A stretch of DNA of 64,000 nucleotides. It comes from a virus (taxonomy: Duplodnaviria; Heunggongvirae; Uroviricota; Caudoviricetes). Shown piece after piece: positions 54,005 through 63,958 of the stretch. Both the position numbers and the translations under genes were made by a program. The DNA is taken from IMG/VR virus record IMGVR_UViG_3300049049_000146, positions 195,216 to 259,215 of that record; one strand, given 5' to 3'. The notes under the pieces are model-generated. The model searched no databases, was not told the origin of the DNA, and saw only the letters and a list, made by a program, of their open reading frames with translations. Each line of letters opens with the position of its first letter. Position 1 is the stretch's first letter.

Positions 54005-55873
54005 TCAGGACAGGCCCAACAAGATCTTCCTCTCAGAGGAATCGGAGCCCATCAACGACAAAATAACCTCCTTGTCGTTGTCTCCGAATTTTACCTGCCA
54101 GAGCTTGCGAGTCTCCGGCCGCATGGCGTAGAAGGCCAGGTCGTTGGCATTAGCCTCGCCGTGCCCCTTCAAGCGGGAAATCTGAAGCTTGGGGGACGTC
54201 ATACCGGAGATGCGCTCCAATTCTTCACGAGAATGGGCGTACCACCTCTGGTCCTTATACACACCGCGGTACAGAGGGCTGTTTACGACGTACACGTACC
54301 CCTGCTTCACGAAATCGCGAAGCCAAAGAGCAAAGAACGTAAGAATCAGGCTCGCAATGTGGCTACCGTCGGGGTCAGCATCCATCAACAGCAAGACCTT
54401 ACCTACGCGGAGATTCGTCAGGTCGACCTGGCGTTTTCCAGTCACCTGAGCGCCAATGGCGATCAGGACGGACGAAAGCTCGGCGTTCGCAAGTACCTGA
54501 CTATCAGCCACACGAGCGGAATTTGCGATCTTCCCGCGAAGCGGGAGAATCTCCTGGTACTCAGGATTTCGCGCGGCCTTTGCGGATCCCCCTGCCGAAT
54601 CACCCTCGACGATAAAAAGCTCACGGTCCTCAGGCTTGCAGTTGATGGCGGCTGCGAGCTTATCAGGGAGCAGTCCGCGAGAATCCTTCTTCACCACGGT
54701 CTTCCCGATGGAAGTCCGGAGCTTCTTGTACTCCTCGCGAGCCTTCTTCAACTGGAGCGCCCTGGAAACGATTCCGTCGGCGACCTTCTTGTTCGTGTCG
54801 AAGAAGGACTTCAGGTGCGGGTACAGTGCGTTGTACACGTCATCGCGAGCTTCATTGTTCAAGAGCTTGTCCTTCGTCTGGCTCTTGAACTGAGGCTCCG
54901 CGACAAGAACCTGGACCGCAGCGAAGAGTCCGTCGGTCAAATCGCGAACGTCGAGGTCCTTCTTTGCAAAAGGCTTCAAAACGTCAGAGATGGCCTTCAC
55001 TGCGCCATCGACGTGCTTCCCTCCTTCAGGAGTCGCGCTTGCGTTGCAGAAAGACCACCAGTGCTCTCCTGCGCTCTCATCCTCGTCGCCATCCGCCCAC
55101 GCCAGGGCTGCAGTGACCTTACGGTCCGGAGTCGAGAAGGAGATAGGAGGGTGAAGCAGTTTTGCCTTTACCTGCGCTGCCCGAGTCTGGACTAGGTGCC
55201 CCAGACCCTCACTGCTGAAATTCTCAGTCGTGCCGTCGATCGTCAGCGTGATTTTCAGCCCGGGGCAAAGGTGACTCGTTTCCTCCAGCCATTTCCGGAC
55301 AGCCTCCACATTGATGCGATGCTTGCCGAAAATCTTCTCGTCGGGATGAAAGCTGACCTCAGTGCCGTGCTTGCCCCGTACATTTGCTTCCTTCTGAAGC
55401 TGCGGCTCCTTGGTCTGAGGAATGCCACGTACGAATGACTGGGCGTAGCAGTATCCCTTACGCCAGACGCGTACGGAAAGAGAATCGCTGAGGGCGTTCG
55501 TCGCCTTCACGCCGACTCCGTGCAGGCCCGCGCTGACTGCGTACGTCTGCTTGTCGAACTTTCCTCCCGCCTGAAGAACCGTGAACACAGTCGTCAGTGC
55601 GGAAATGCCAGTCTTGTCATGCTTCTCAACAGGAATGCCACGACCGTTGTCCGCAACGCGGAAAGTGTGAGCGTTCGTGTCGATCTCTACTTCAACATCA
55701 GTCGCGTGGCCTTCCAACCACTCATCAATGGAGTTATCGACCACCTCCTTGAGGATGTGGCGTACACCATTTTCATCCTGGGACCCGATGTACATCCCAG
55801 GGCGCTTCCGAACGTGCTCCAGGTCATCAAGAGCCTGGATGCTGCTTGCGTCATAACGCTTAGCCATCGTCAC
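54005..55873 (-). CDS. type IIA topoisomerase subunit B (GyrB/ParE-like)
   Basis: RKRPGMYIG, EVVDNSIDE, DNGRGIP, EGDSAGG, PLRGK, DADPDG. Confidence 0.96.
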   Translation of the reverse strand: MTMAKRYDASSIQALDDLEHVRKRPGMYIGSQDENGVRHILKEVVDNSIDEWLEGHATDVEVEIDTNAHTFRVADNGRGIPVEKHDKTGISALTTVFTVLQAGGKFDKQTYAVSAGLHGVGVKATNALSDSLSVRVWRKGYCYAQSFVRGIPQTKEPQLQKEANVRGKHGTEVSFHPDEKIFGKHRINVEAVRKWLEETSHLCPGLKITLTIDGTTENFSSEGLGHLVQTRAAQVKAKLLHPPISFSTPDRKVTAALAWADGDEDESAGEHWWSFCNASATPEGGKHVDGAVKAISDVLKPFAKKDLDVRDLTDGLFAAVQVLVAEPQFKSQTKDKLLNNEARDDVYNALYPHLKSFFDTNKKVADGIVSRALQLKKAREEYKKLRTSIGKTVVKKDSRGLLPDKLAAAINCKPEDRELFIVEGDSAGGSAKAARNPEYQEILPLRGKIANSARVADSQVLANAELSSVLIAIGAQVTGKRQVDLTNLRVGKVLLLMDADPDGSHIASLILTFFALWLRDFVKQGYVYVVNSPLYRGVYKDQRWYAHSREELERISGMTSPKLQISRLKGHGEANANDLAFYAMRPETRKLWQVKFGDNDKEVILSLMGSDSSERKILLGLS

Positions 55874-55874
55874 C

Positions 55875-55894
55875 TTAATATCGTCGGAGTTTGA
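55875..55894 (-). promoter_or_regulatory. recurrent promoter-like motif, copy 6
   Basis: TCAAACTCCGACGATATTAA fills the pol-topoisomerase B gap. Confidence 0.65.
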
Positions 55895-55895
55895 C

Positions 55896-58772
55896 TCAGT
55901 CGGCGCCCTTACCGTCCTTGAAGTCGCGCGTCACGATCTTGTGCCACGGCATTCCGTCCGCCAGTTCGCCGTCCCAGCCGTGAATCTTCTCGTAAATCGG
56001 GCGAAGGTCAGATTCAACGCCGTCGTAGCCAAGCATGTGGCCCCAACGGATGCCGATCTTGAAATCGACCTCCATCGGAACGATCATCTTGATGCCGAAT
56101 TCCTCCAGAAGGAAGGGATCGATGTTTACCATCATGTCCGCCATAAGCTTCTGCGCTTCCACCATCATGTCGAAGTCCAGAGGAACTTCCATCGTGATAG
56201 CGTCGTGGACGCAGTTGATGACGCGGTACGGACGATCGTTCTCTTCGATCCAGTTCTGGATGCGCCATGCAGCGAGAGCCGTAGTGTCCGAGCTAACCGC
56301 CTGAATAGGCGAGTTACGTGCGCGACGCTTGCCTGCTTTTTCGTCCCTCTCGATCAGTTCAGCAAGGTGTCTGCGTCGCCCCATCGGGGTATCGACGCGA
56401 CCATAGGTCTCCGCAAAATTCTCGATGTCCGTAAGCCAGTTGCCTGCCTTAGGGAACTGCTGAACGAACTTCACCTGAAGCTGCTCGGCTTCATCCTCAG
56501 TGATGCCGAGGATGACAGCAAGCGTCTTGTAGTGCTGGCCGTAGATCGATCCGAACGTAAGCGACTTGGCGCGCTGACGCATCGGCTTCGTGACTTCAGA
56601 AAGCGCAATCTGGAACATCAGCGACGCCACCTGACGGTGGATGTCGCACTCCAGCTTGACGCGCTCCTTCAGCGTCTTGTCAGACGGATTTGCAAGGAAT
56701 TCCTTACGCAGCTTCACCATTCGGTGGAAGAGTGCCGCGTATTCCTTATCGCCTGCAATCTGCGCCCACCAGCGAACCTCGGCCTGACCATAGTCAGCCT
56801 CGATGAGGATGTGGCCAGGCGAAGCGCCATACATCGACTTGATGCCGGCCTTTGCAGCGTTGTCAGGGCGCGGAAGCTGCTGAAGGTTCGGATCGGACGA
56901 CGCGAGACGACCAGTAACGGTTCGATTTGCGTGGAAGCCTGCGTGGATCCGGCCGTCACATCTGTTGTCTGGCTTGGAATAGAGAATCTCGTCGACGCTC
57001 TCAAGATACGACGTGCGAAGCTTGAAGAGGCCGGAATACTCCGAATACAACCGAACGATGGGGTGACCTTCGTCCGGCTTATCGGGCGGCGCGTAGTGTG
57101 CGATGAATGCCTTGTCGATGCTGCCCTTGCCGTCCTTACCAACAGCGAGAGGTTCAAGCTTACACGCATCGATAAACAGATGAAGCTTGTGGTCTCGCTT
57201 GTTTACATCGAGCACCCACGGCTTCTTCCCGAAGAGCGGCTTCATCCCCTTCGTACGGGGGTCCGAACCAAGGAGAATATCGTTGGCCAGCTTTGCTTCT
57301 GGCTTTGAGTAAATGATACCTGGAAGCTCGGCAAGACGAGACAAGATAGGCGATTCGTCACCACGCAGGTACTCAAGCTGAGTGGGGTCGACGTAGAATC
57401 CAGCCATGCTCATCTTCGTGAGAAGATGAGAAACACGAGAATACCAGCGGAGGGCAAACGGAACAGCCGATTCGTACCCCTGTTTGTCCAGCATCCGGAC
57501 GAAGTAATTGAACAGGCGATACGTAACGTACGCGTCCGTACCACCGTACTCTGACAGGCGGTCAAGCGAGAGATTCCAAAGACTACCGCCGTCAGCGCCT
57601 TCACGGGCCGCAAGAGCGTCGGTAAGCTCTAGATCGTAGATGTAGAAGCCAAGGCGCTCACGAGCCAGCTGCTTCAGGCTGAATACGCCCTTGAGAGCAC
57701 CACCCTTCTTGGGCCCGTCCTCGTCATTTCCTCCGGACGCAAGATTCTCGTCCTCAAGGAAGGCCAAGAACATCGTGTCGACGATAGGCTTCGTGATCCG
57801 CTTCAAACGGAAGAAGCGAAGAGCGATACCGATATCGAACTGGGAATTGTGCGCGAGCCAGTGCTTGAATTTCGTCTCACTGGACCGGAAAAGGCGGCGC
57901 AAGCGCTTACGAACGTACTTCAATTCCTCCTTCGTCCATGGCGACTCCCAGTGCTGAAGTGGGATCGTGTGCGCCATGTCGTTGTCGGCAGACAACTGGA
58001 GGGTCGCAATCTTGTTCACCTCAACATGGTTGAGGTTCATGGTCTCGAAGTCGAATGCAATCGGCTCGGTGCATTCGAATTCGTAGTAGTCCATCACACG
58101 ATCGAATTGCTCGATCGTGCGGATCAACTTGACCTTACCCCTACGACTGTTGGGAGTCTCCTCTCCTGTTAAAAGACGGCGAAGCGCCCCAATGTGCCGA
58201 TAGAAGCGCTTCTTCTCGTTCGTATTCTCCGTCCGGATGTACATGGACGGATGGGCCGTTACGAGATGCGTCTTTCCATCCTTGGTCCTGAAGATGCGAC
58301 CTTTGAGGCCGCCCGCCTTCTTTCCGGACCAGTCAGGATTCTCATTGAGAGCCTGCACAGCCGTCGTGCCCATGAACACGACAGTGCGAGGATTTAGCGT
58401 CTCAATGTCTTTCTTGATGTAGTTCGAGCAAGCAGCGATCTCTTCAGTCGTCGCTGGTCGATTCTTGCCTTCTTCATCGGTCGGACGGCATCGAACCACG
58501 GTTCCTACAGCGTAGGAAGATTCGATTTTCGCCTTCTTGAGAGCGTTACGAAGCTCGGCGCCAGGAGGACCCGAGAACGGAATGCCGATCTTGTCCTCCA
58601 TGTCGCCGGGTGTCTCGCCAACAAAGAGAACGTCAACCTCGGGGGTCTCCCCGTCCGCGCCCGCTCGGTCGTAGTACACGTCCGTGGGTACGTACGTCGT
58701 ACGGTGCCCCTTGTCCCGGTATAGAGGGCAGCCTTCGCAATAGTCCTGCTCGTGGCGAAGATGAACACGCAT
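55896..58772 (-). CDS. family A DNA polymerase with N-terminal uracil-DNA glycosylase-like domain
   Basis: CEGCPL..VGETPG..CRP..HPS; exonuclease DFET, HNSQFD, YGGTD; TGRLASSDPNLQQ, DYGQAE, R..AK..FG.IYG, VHD. Confidence 0.95.
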   Translation of the reverse strand: MRVHLRHEQDYCEGCPLYRDKGHRTTYVPTDVYYDRAGADGETPEVDVLFVGETPGDMEDKIGIPFSGPPGAELRNALKKAKIESSYAVGTVVRCRPTDEEGKNRPATTEEIAACSNYIKKDIETLNPRTVVFMGTTAVQALNENPDWSGKKAGGLKGRIFRTKDGKTHLVTAHPSMYIRTENTNEKKRFYRHIGALRRLLTGEETPNSRRGKVKLIRTIEQFDRVMDYYEFECTEPIAFDFETMNLNHVEVNKIATLQLSADNDMAHTIPLQHWESPWTKEELKYVRKRLRRLFRSSETKFKHWLAHNSQFDIGIALRFFRLKRITKPIVDTMFLAFLEDENLASGGNDEDGPKKGGALKGVFSLKQLARERLGFYIYDLELTDALAAREGADGGSLWNLSLDRLSEYGGTDAYVTYRLFNYFVRMLDKQGYESAVPFALRWYSRVSHLLTKMSMAGFYVDPTQLEYLRGDESPILSRLAELPGIIYSKPEAKLANDILLGSDPRTKGMKPLFGKKPWVLDVNKRDHKLHLFIDACKLEPLAVGKDGKGSIDKAFIAHYAPPDKPDEGHPIVRLYSEYSGLFKLRTSYLESVDEILYSKPDNRCDGRIHAGFHANRTVTGRLASSDPNLQQLPRPDNAAKAGIKSMYGASPGHILIEADYGQAEVRWWAQIAGDKEYAALFHRMVKLRKEFLANPSDKTLKERVKLECDIHRQVASLMFQIALSEVTKPMRQRAKSLTFGSIYGQHYKTLAVILGITEDEAEQLQVKFVQQFPKAGNWLTDIENFAETYGRVDTPMGRRRHLAELIERDEKAGKRRARNSPIQAVSSDTTALAAWRIQNWIEENDRPYRVINCVHDAITMEVPLDFDMMVEAQKLMADMMVNIDPFLLEEFGIKMIVPMEVDFKIGIRWGHMLGYDGVESDLRPIYEKIHGWDGELADGMPWHKIVTRDFKDGKGAD

Positions 58773-58790
58773 CGGCGACCTTTTACAAGG

Positions 58791-59153
58791 TCAGAAACCT
58801 CTCAGGATTTCCCGAAGATACCCTAAGGTCAGCGAGGGCGCGCTGGCGTGCGACATGAACCGGCTCTTCAGTGCCGGATTCGAAAAAACAGCCATGAGCT
58901 TCAACTCAGCGGCGGAAATCGCCTGAGCGAACGGCCCACGACAACCGAGCGACGGAATAAGGCTCGACGCGGGGGTAGAAGCTGAGGGTGAGTACGGTGC
59001 ACTTAGGTACACCTGACCGTTCACGCCCAGACGAACGGGCAGTGAATTCCCTTCGGCCTCTAGCCCCGCGCACAGATTTGTAGATCTGGAGGACGTGGCA
59101 GGAGCCGCGAACGTCCTGCTCGCGGTCCTACCACTACGGCAATTGCATCCCAT
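58791..59153 (-). CDS. hypothetical protein (MGCNC start)
   Basis: 120-aa ORF. Confidence 0.6.
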   Translation of the reverse strand: MGCNCRSGRTASRTFAAPATSSRSTNLCAGLEAEGNSLPVRLGVNGQVYLSAPYSPSASTPASSLIPSLGCRGPFAQAISAAELKLMAVFSNPALKSRFMSHASAPSLTLGYLREILRGF

Positions 59154-59162
59154 GAGGTACTT

Positions 59163-62100
59163 TTACAGCCCGAATACCTGTGCAGTCAACGCTAGGTACT
59201 CAGGATATTCATCCAAAAGGGTTGCGATCTTGCGCATCGCCTCGACCTGCTTCTTGGGCCAAATATCCTCAAGAGAGGTGCCGAACTTCTTCAGGATCTC
59301 ATCGAACGCGTCCAGGTCAGCGATAGCGTAACCAGAAACGTACAGGTTCTTCGAGAAGTCCTTCAGAAGCTTCTGCGCCTGCTTACGATTGTCGCCCATG
59401 TAAATCCACGTCTTGGCCTTGCCGATTTCACGGAAGCCAATCTGCTTCATCACACGCAACGCCTGATCGATGTACTTCGGGTCAGCAAATGACGTGTCGC
59501 TGACGATGAAGCACGGGTGGGAACTGACGCTATCGCCGTCTAGAACGTCGCCGAACGTGCTCACCTGGAGCATGATCGGAATCTTCCCGTCAGGCGTCGT
59601 GACGTCCAGCCCAGGAATCTTGCCGTCAGCAGGCTCCTGCGTAAGGTCCGTCTTTGGCTTCGAAGGCGCAACAGGCGAACCTGCCGACTCGAAGTCCTCC
59701 TTGAGCTTCTTGTACGTCGCAGGAATGACGGACAGAAGCTTAGAGGTGCGCACAAGCCATTCACGGACGGCGTTGTCAGCAAGCGCCTTCTCGTCGAGAC
59801 GCATCAAGCCGATCAACTTCGCTGCGGCGAACGTGTTGATGGGCTTCAGTTCAAGCGCAGGGTTCTTCTTCTTGATCTCGGCGAAGACCTTACCCGCAAG
59901 TGAGGCGTGCTGAGGGGCCGCGCGGAACGCAAGGAACGAATTCCTCTGCTTCTCGTCGTGAGGATTGAAGGCAGGAACACCCGCGGCCTTCTTCACCAAT
60001 GATTTGTAGTCGATGGTCGACTTCGGATTCGCCGGGTTTACCGGAGACTGACCCTTAATCTTCGCAATCACGTCGGGCATGTTTGCGACGACAACACCAT
60101 TTTCGCGGAGCTTACCAAGCAGGTCTGCCGCTTCCTTTGGTGTCTTGAACGGCCACACATACATGTTCGGGTAGTGATTGACCTGGAAACCGCGGAAGAT
60201 GCGCTTGATTTCGGCGTCGTAATCCAGAAGGAGCCAGAAGCTCCCCTGGTAGAACTTCATGTTGAGCTTGATGACCTTTGCAGTCTGCGGAGAAATCGTC
60301 CAAGGAGACTTGTCCTTGTCTGCACCCAAGTTAGGCGTCTCGATCTCGCCGGAGCCGGCCATTTTCTCTCCGGTCGAAAGCTCGTACGACTTCGAACCGT
60401 ATAGCGCAGGAGCTTCTTCAGCTTCCTTGATTTCGTGCTCACGAATACGGCCGTACGCGTCCTGGTACGCCTTCATATGAGCGAACGTGTTCATCGTCTG
60501 GATGTTGTCGAGGTTCATACCGAACAGCGGGAATTCCGTCGTGTCGGTGAATCCAGAGACCAGCTGACGCACCTTGTGCATCTTGCTGACCATACGAATG
60601 AACTTCGTGATCTCGGCGGTGCCCTCGGTCATGACCAGGTCCACAAAGACCTGAGCGTGACGACGAGCCTTCGGGTCCTTGGGAGGAAGACGGTACGAAC
60701 GAGCAATCGCCTGTTCGAGGTCACCTGGGTTCCAGGGCAGATCGACACGGATGATTCGATTCGCCATCTGAAGGTTGTGACCCTCACGAAGCGAAGAATC
60801 GACCGCTACGAGAATCTTGACGTTGTCGTCCTTCTTGAATTGCTCAAGAGCCTGCTTGTTCTGCGCATCATAGTAGACAGCAGATTCACTCAACGCGATG
60901 TTATCGCGGATGTGACGCATGCTCGCCTTCTGCAAGCCCATGATAATGACCTTGCCATTACCTGGGTCGGAGAAGTGCTTCGCGAGGATGCGGTCGATTA
61001 CCGCAATCTTAGGACTGACTCGGTCCTGGTCCTCTACGAGGAAAGCGTTTCCGAATTCAACGGACGTAGGCGCTGAAAGGAAACGGTCCAGCTGGGAGAA
61101 CTTCGCGATCAACGGCTGGAAGTCCTTCTCAGCGGCGGCTGCCGCCTTCTCCGGGTCAGCACTCGCCTGCATCGCCTCATACTGCTTCCACAGTTTAGCG
61201 ATACGCTGCTGCTCCTGCTTGAACTGCTGACGGTGAAGCGGGTCCTTCAAGTCGAAGACGACGCGGTTACGCGACTTATCATCGTCCTCGTCCTCGTCCG
61301 AATCGTAGATCGAAGCCTCAGGGTCCTCGTCCTCGAAAACGACCTGGTCAGAGGGCTTCCACTTCGAAATCTGTTCGCGTGCGAGCGGATTCGAAGCGTA
61401 CTTCTGCGCGAGTTCCTTCTGAAGCTCAAGACCAATCGTGCCCGGGGCTACTTCGCCAAGAAGCTCTTCCTTGATGATCTGGTCGAGAATCTTCTTGTAC
61501 ACAACGAACTGCGCAGCGTTCAGAAGTGCCTTGTGGTACTCGACTGAAAGCTTCGGAAGCTGATTGAGCCACGCCGAGCGCCGAATGCACACAGCGTTCT
61601 TCTTCGTGATGATCTCGCGAACTTCCTTAATCGCGCCAGGCTTCCACGCCTCAACCTTACCGGAGTTCGGGTTAATAGACGCTGCGTACTTCGCGATGAA
61701 GGTGTCCCGATCACCCAGAACCGCAGGGTCAAGGAAGCTCATCTGAAGCCAGATATCGTCAGGTCCGGAAGGCGCAACCGTACCAGAGAAGCAACGCTTC
61801 ATCGGCACAAGACGCGACATCTGCATGATTGCCGCAGCCTGGTCCGACTCCTTACCAGAAGCGCCGATACGAACCGTGTGAGATTCGTCGAGCACAAGCA
61901 TGTCAACGCCACACTGCGTGACCAGCCAGCTAGGATTGCGGAAACGCTTACCAGAGGCTGTCTCCAGCTGGTCTCGTCCCTTGAGGCCGCGCAACCACGA
62001 GTACGAAGTCATCAAGATCGTGTTGCGTGGGGCAGAGGCGATGGTCTTCTTTAGAAGGTCAAGGCCCGTCCGAATACGATTACCTGGCTGGTCCTTGAGC

Positions 62101-63332
62101 TTCTCTGCCTCGGCATTCGCTGCCTTCACCGTCTCGGTGTTGATGACGATGATGTTTACCGAATTGTTCGTCCACTCCTCAAGCTCGCGCTTCTGCTGGG
62201 GAAGAAGCTGGTTCGGCATTACGACGCAGGGGCGCTCACAGAGCCCTCGATTCAACTTGTCAAGGACGTCGGCAAGGATCATCAACGTCTTACCTGCACC
62301 GGGGTCCGCGTCGATCATGGCGGCCTTGCGGTCCTTCAAGAAGGCCAGCGCGTACGCCTGGTGCGGGAGGAAGCGAATCGGGTTACCGCCGATTTCCTTC
62401 GGAATGTGCGGAATCTGAGGCGCGTCCTCAGGACGGATGTTGGAAAGCTTATCCTCTTCCGCCTTCTGCTCGACGAACATTTCCTGGTACTGTTCTGCGA
62501 ACAGAACAGCAACAATCAAGCTGGCGTATTCGGATCCCAGCTGTTCCTTGACGGACAGCTTGCCCGACTTGATCTCGTTCTCGATCTCGACCAGGCGGTG
62601 CTCTACGTAGTTACGGAAATCCGGGTTGCTCTTGCGTGCGTACAAGAACAGAGGAATGCCAATGACGTCTGTGTCGACGTTCGACATCTCACGGATTCGT
62701 CCACGCAACTGCTCGGCGCCGGACGATTTGTCCTGAGGATTCACGTAGAAGCGAGATTCCCACTTCTCCGGGTCCCAACTCTTACGCGTGCCGTCAGGCG
62801 TACGGTACGTGGAGGTTACCTTGATCTTCTTCTCCAGCGTCGCGATGATTGCATCACGGTGCTCTGAGAGCTTGAACAGATTACCTACGTTTTCCGTTGC
62901 AAGGGCACCGGTCTTGTCCACGTAATAGACGAGAGAGGAGTCCTCACTGGTGAAGACAATCTGATTTACGATCGAGCGTTCCTGAACAACCGAGTCAACC
63001 TCCTTGAGGAGTTCGCCGGTGGTTGGGTCAGTCTTCGTGCCGAACGGGAACGTCTTCTTCGTTCGGGGGTTGATCATCATCTCGTCAGGAGATGGGGGAA
63101 CAGGAATTCGGATGCGGTAGTCCGCGAAGTCGTAGTTCCTCTTCGTCTTTGACTTGCGATCGTCCTTTTTCTTCTGCTCGAATTCCTGAACCTTCCCACG
63201 AAGAGCATCGAGGTCGATCGACAGCTGAGACAGCAAATCTACCTTAGGGATGTAGTGAATACGACCGTACGATCCAAGATAGAGATTCTCCTTCTTGTAT
63301 CGATCGGCAAAAGCTGCTGTCTTCTCCGTCAT
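59163..63332 (-). CDS. SNF2-family helicase/ATPase
   Basis: DPGAGKT, LDESH, SGT, EGHNLQ, PWNP...EQA.AR.YR. Confidence 0.92.
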   Translation of the reverse strand: MTEKTAAFADRYKKENLYLGSYGRIHYIPKVDLLSQLSIDLDALRGKVQEFEQKKKDDRKSKTKRNYDFADYRIRIPVPPSPDEMMINPRTKKTFPFGTKTDPTTGELLKEVDSVVQERSIVNQIVFTSEDSSLVYYVDKTGALATENVGNLFKLSEHRDAIIATLEKKIKVTSTYRTPDGTRKSWDPEKWESRFYVNPQDKSSGAEQLRGRIREMSNVDTDVIGIPLFLYARKSNPDFRNYVEHRLVEIENEIKSGKLSVKEQLGSEYASLIVAVLFAEQYQEMFVEQKAEEDKLSNIRPEDAPQIPHIPKEIGGNPIRFLPHQAYALAFLKDRKAAMIDADPGAGKTLMILADVLDKLNRGLCERPCVVMPNQLLPQQKRELEEWTNNSVNIIVINTETVKAANAEAEKLKDQPGNRIRTGLDLLKKTIASAPRNTILMTSYSWLRGLKGRDQLETASGKRFRNPSWLVTQCGVDMLVLDESHTVRIGASGKESDQAAAIMQMSRLVPMKRCFSGTVAPSGPDDIWLQMSFLDPAVLGDRDTFIAKYAASINPNSGKVEAWKPGAIKEVREIITKKNAVCIRRSAWLNQLPKLSVEYHKALLNAAQFVVYKKILDQIIKEELLGEVAPGTIGLELQKELAQKYASNPLAREQISKWKPSDQVVFEDEDPEASIYDSDEDEDDDKSRNRVVFDLKDPLHRQQFKQEQQRIAKLWKQYEAMQASADPEKAAAAAEKDFQPLIAKFSQLDRFLSAPTSVEFGNAFLVEDQDRVSPKIAVIDRILAKHFSDPGNGKVIIMGLQKASMRHIRDNIALSESAVYYDAQNKQALEQFKKDDNVKILVAVDSSLREGHNLQMANRIIRVDLPWNPGDLEQAIARSYRLPPKDPKARRHAQVFVDLVMTEGTAEITKFIRMVSKMHKVRQLVSGFTDTTEFPLFGMNLDNIQTMNTFAHMKAYQDAYGRIREHEIKEAEEAPALYGSKSYELSTGEKMAGSGEIETPNLGADKDKSPWTISPQTAKVIKLNMKFYQGSFWLLLDYDAEIKRIFRGFQVNHYPNMYVWPFKTPKEAADLLGKLRENGVVVANMPDVIAKIKGQSPVNPANPKSTIDYKSLVKKAAGVPAFNPHDEKQRNSFLAFRAAPQHASLAGKVFAEIKKKNPALELKPINTFAAAKLIGLMRLDEKALADNAVREWLVRTSKLLSVIPATYKKLKEDFESAGSPVAPSKPKTDLTQEPADGKIPGLDVTTPDGKIPIMLQVSTFGDVLDGDSVSSHPCFIVSDTSFADPKYIDQALRVMKQIGFREIGKAKTWIYMGDNRKQAQKLLKDFSKNLYVSGYAIADLDAFDEILKKFGTSLEDIWPKKQVEAMRKIATLLDEYPEYLALTAQVFGL

Positions 63333-63341
63333 CGCTGCCTC

Positions 63342-63674
63342 TCACTCTTCCTGGTCAGCAAGGTTCGACGTCGAGTCATCAACGTCCTTCATGACATCGT
63401 CAGGATAATTCGGGTTTTCGGCGCACTTCGTCCAAAGGCGCATTGCGTCTGACTTCTCAAGCTCCGGAGCGAGCTTCTTCGCGAACCTCACAAGCAGAGG
63501 GCAGATCTCCTTACGCCTCTCGGGGTCAAGATTGTGGAGACGATCAAACCCCCAGTGAATCTGGGCGTTGAAGATATCAAGACGCGTTACGGAGTCTTCC
63601 GTCGTTCCTGGACGGAGGGTAATCAGTTCGATTCCGGAAAGCTGAGGAACCTTACGGCGAGCAAAAAGAGACAT
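63342..63674 (-). CDS. hypothetical protein
   Basis: 110-aa ORF. Confidence 0.6.
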   Translation of the reverse strand: MSLFARRKVPQLSGIELITLRPGTTEDSVTRLDIFNAQIHWGFDRLHNLDPERRKEICPLLVRFAKKLAPELEKSDAMRLWTKCAENPNYPDDVMKDVDDSTSNLADQEE

Positions 63675-63676
63675 GA

Positions 63677-63958
63677 CTACTTCCCTTTCTTCTTGAAAGA
63701 GTAACCATCGCTCTCCATGGCCTTCTTGAGCTTGTTAGTCAAGCGAACGATCTTTGTGCGGCCTGTGTGTCCGTTGCCCTTCAGTTCGCTAAGAAGCTCG
63801 GAAACAAGATACGCAGATTCGCTATCGTACCCGTGACTAACGTGAGCTACACGCTCCAATGCTCGGAGTGCGCGCAGTGAGTGTGCGACACGATTGAGTC
63901 TAGACATGATGTCCGGGCGCATAGCAACTCTCCTCACGATATCTTGAATCTCGGGCAT
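63677..63958 (-). CDS. hypothetical protein
   Basis: 93-aa ORF. Confidence 0.6.
   Translation of the reverse strand: MPEIQDIVRRVAMRPDIMSRLNRVAHSLRALRALERVAHVSHGYDSESAYLVSELLSELKGNGHTGRTKIVRLTNKLKKAMESDGYSFKKKGK

Noticed and set aside
50394-63332. Inteins or introns in the topoisomerase, polymerase or SNF2 genes
   Set aside because: The ORFs are continuous, with no intein splice motifs or LAGLIDADG blocks seen.
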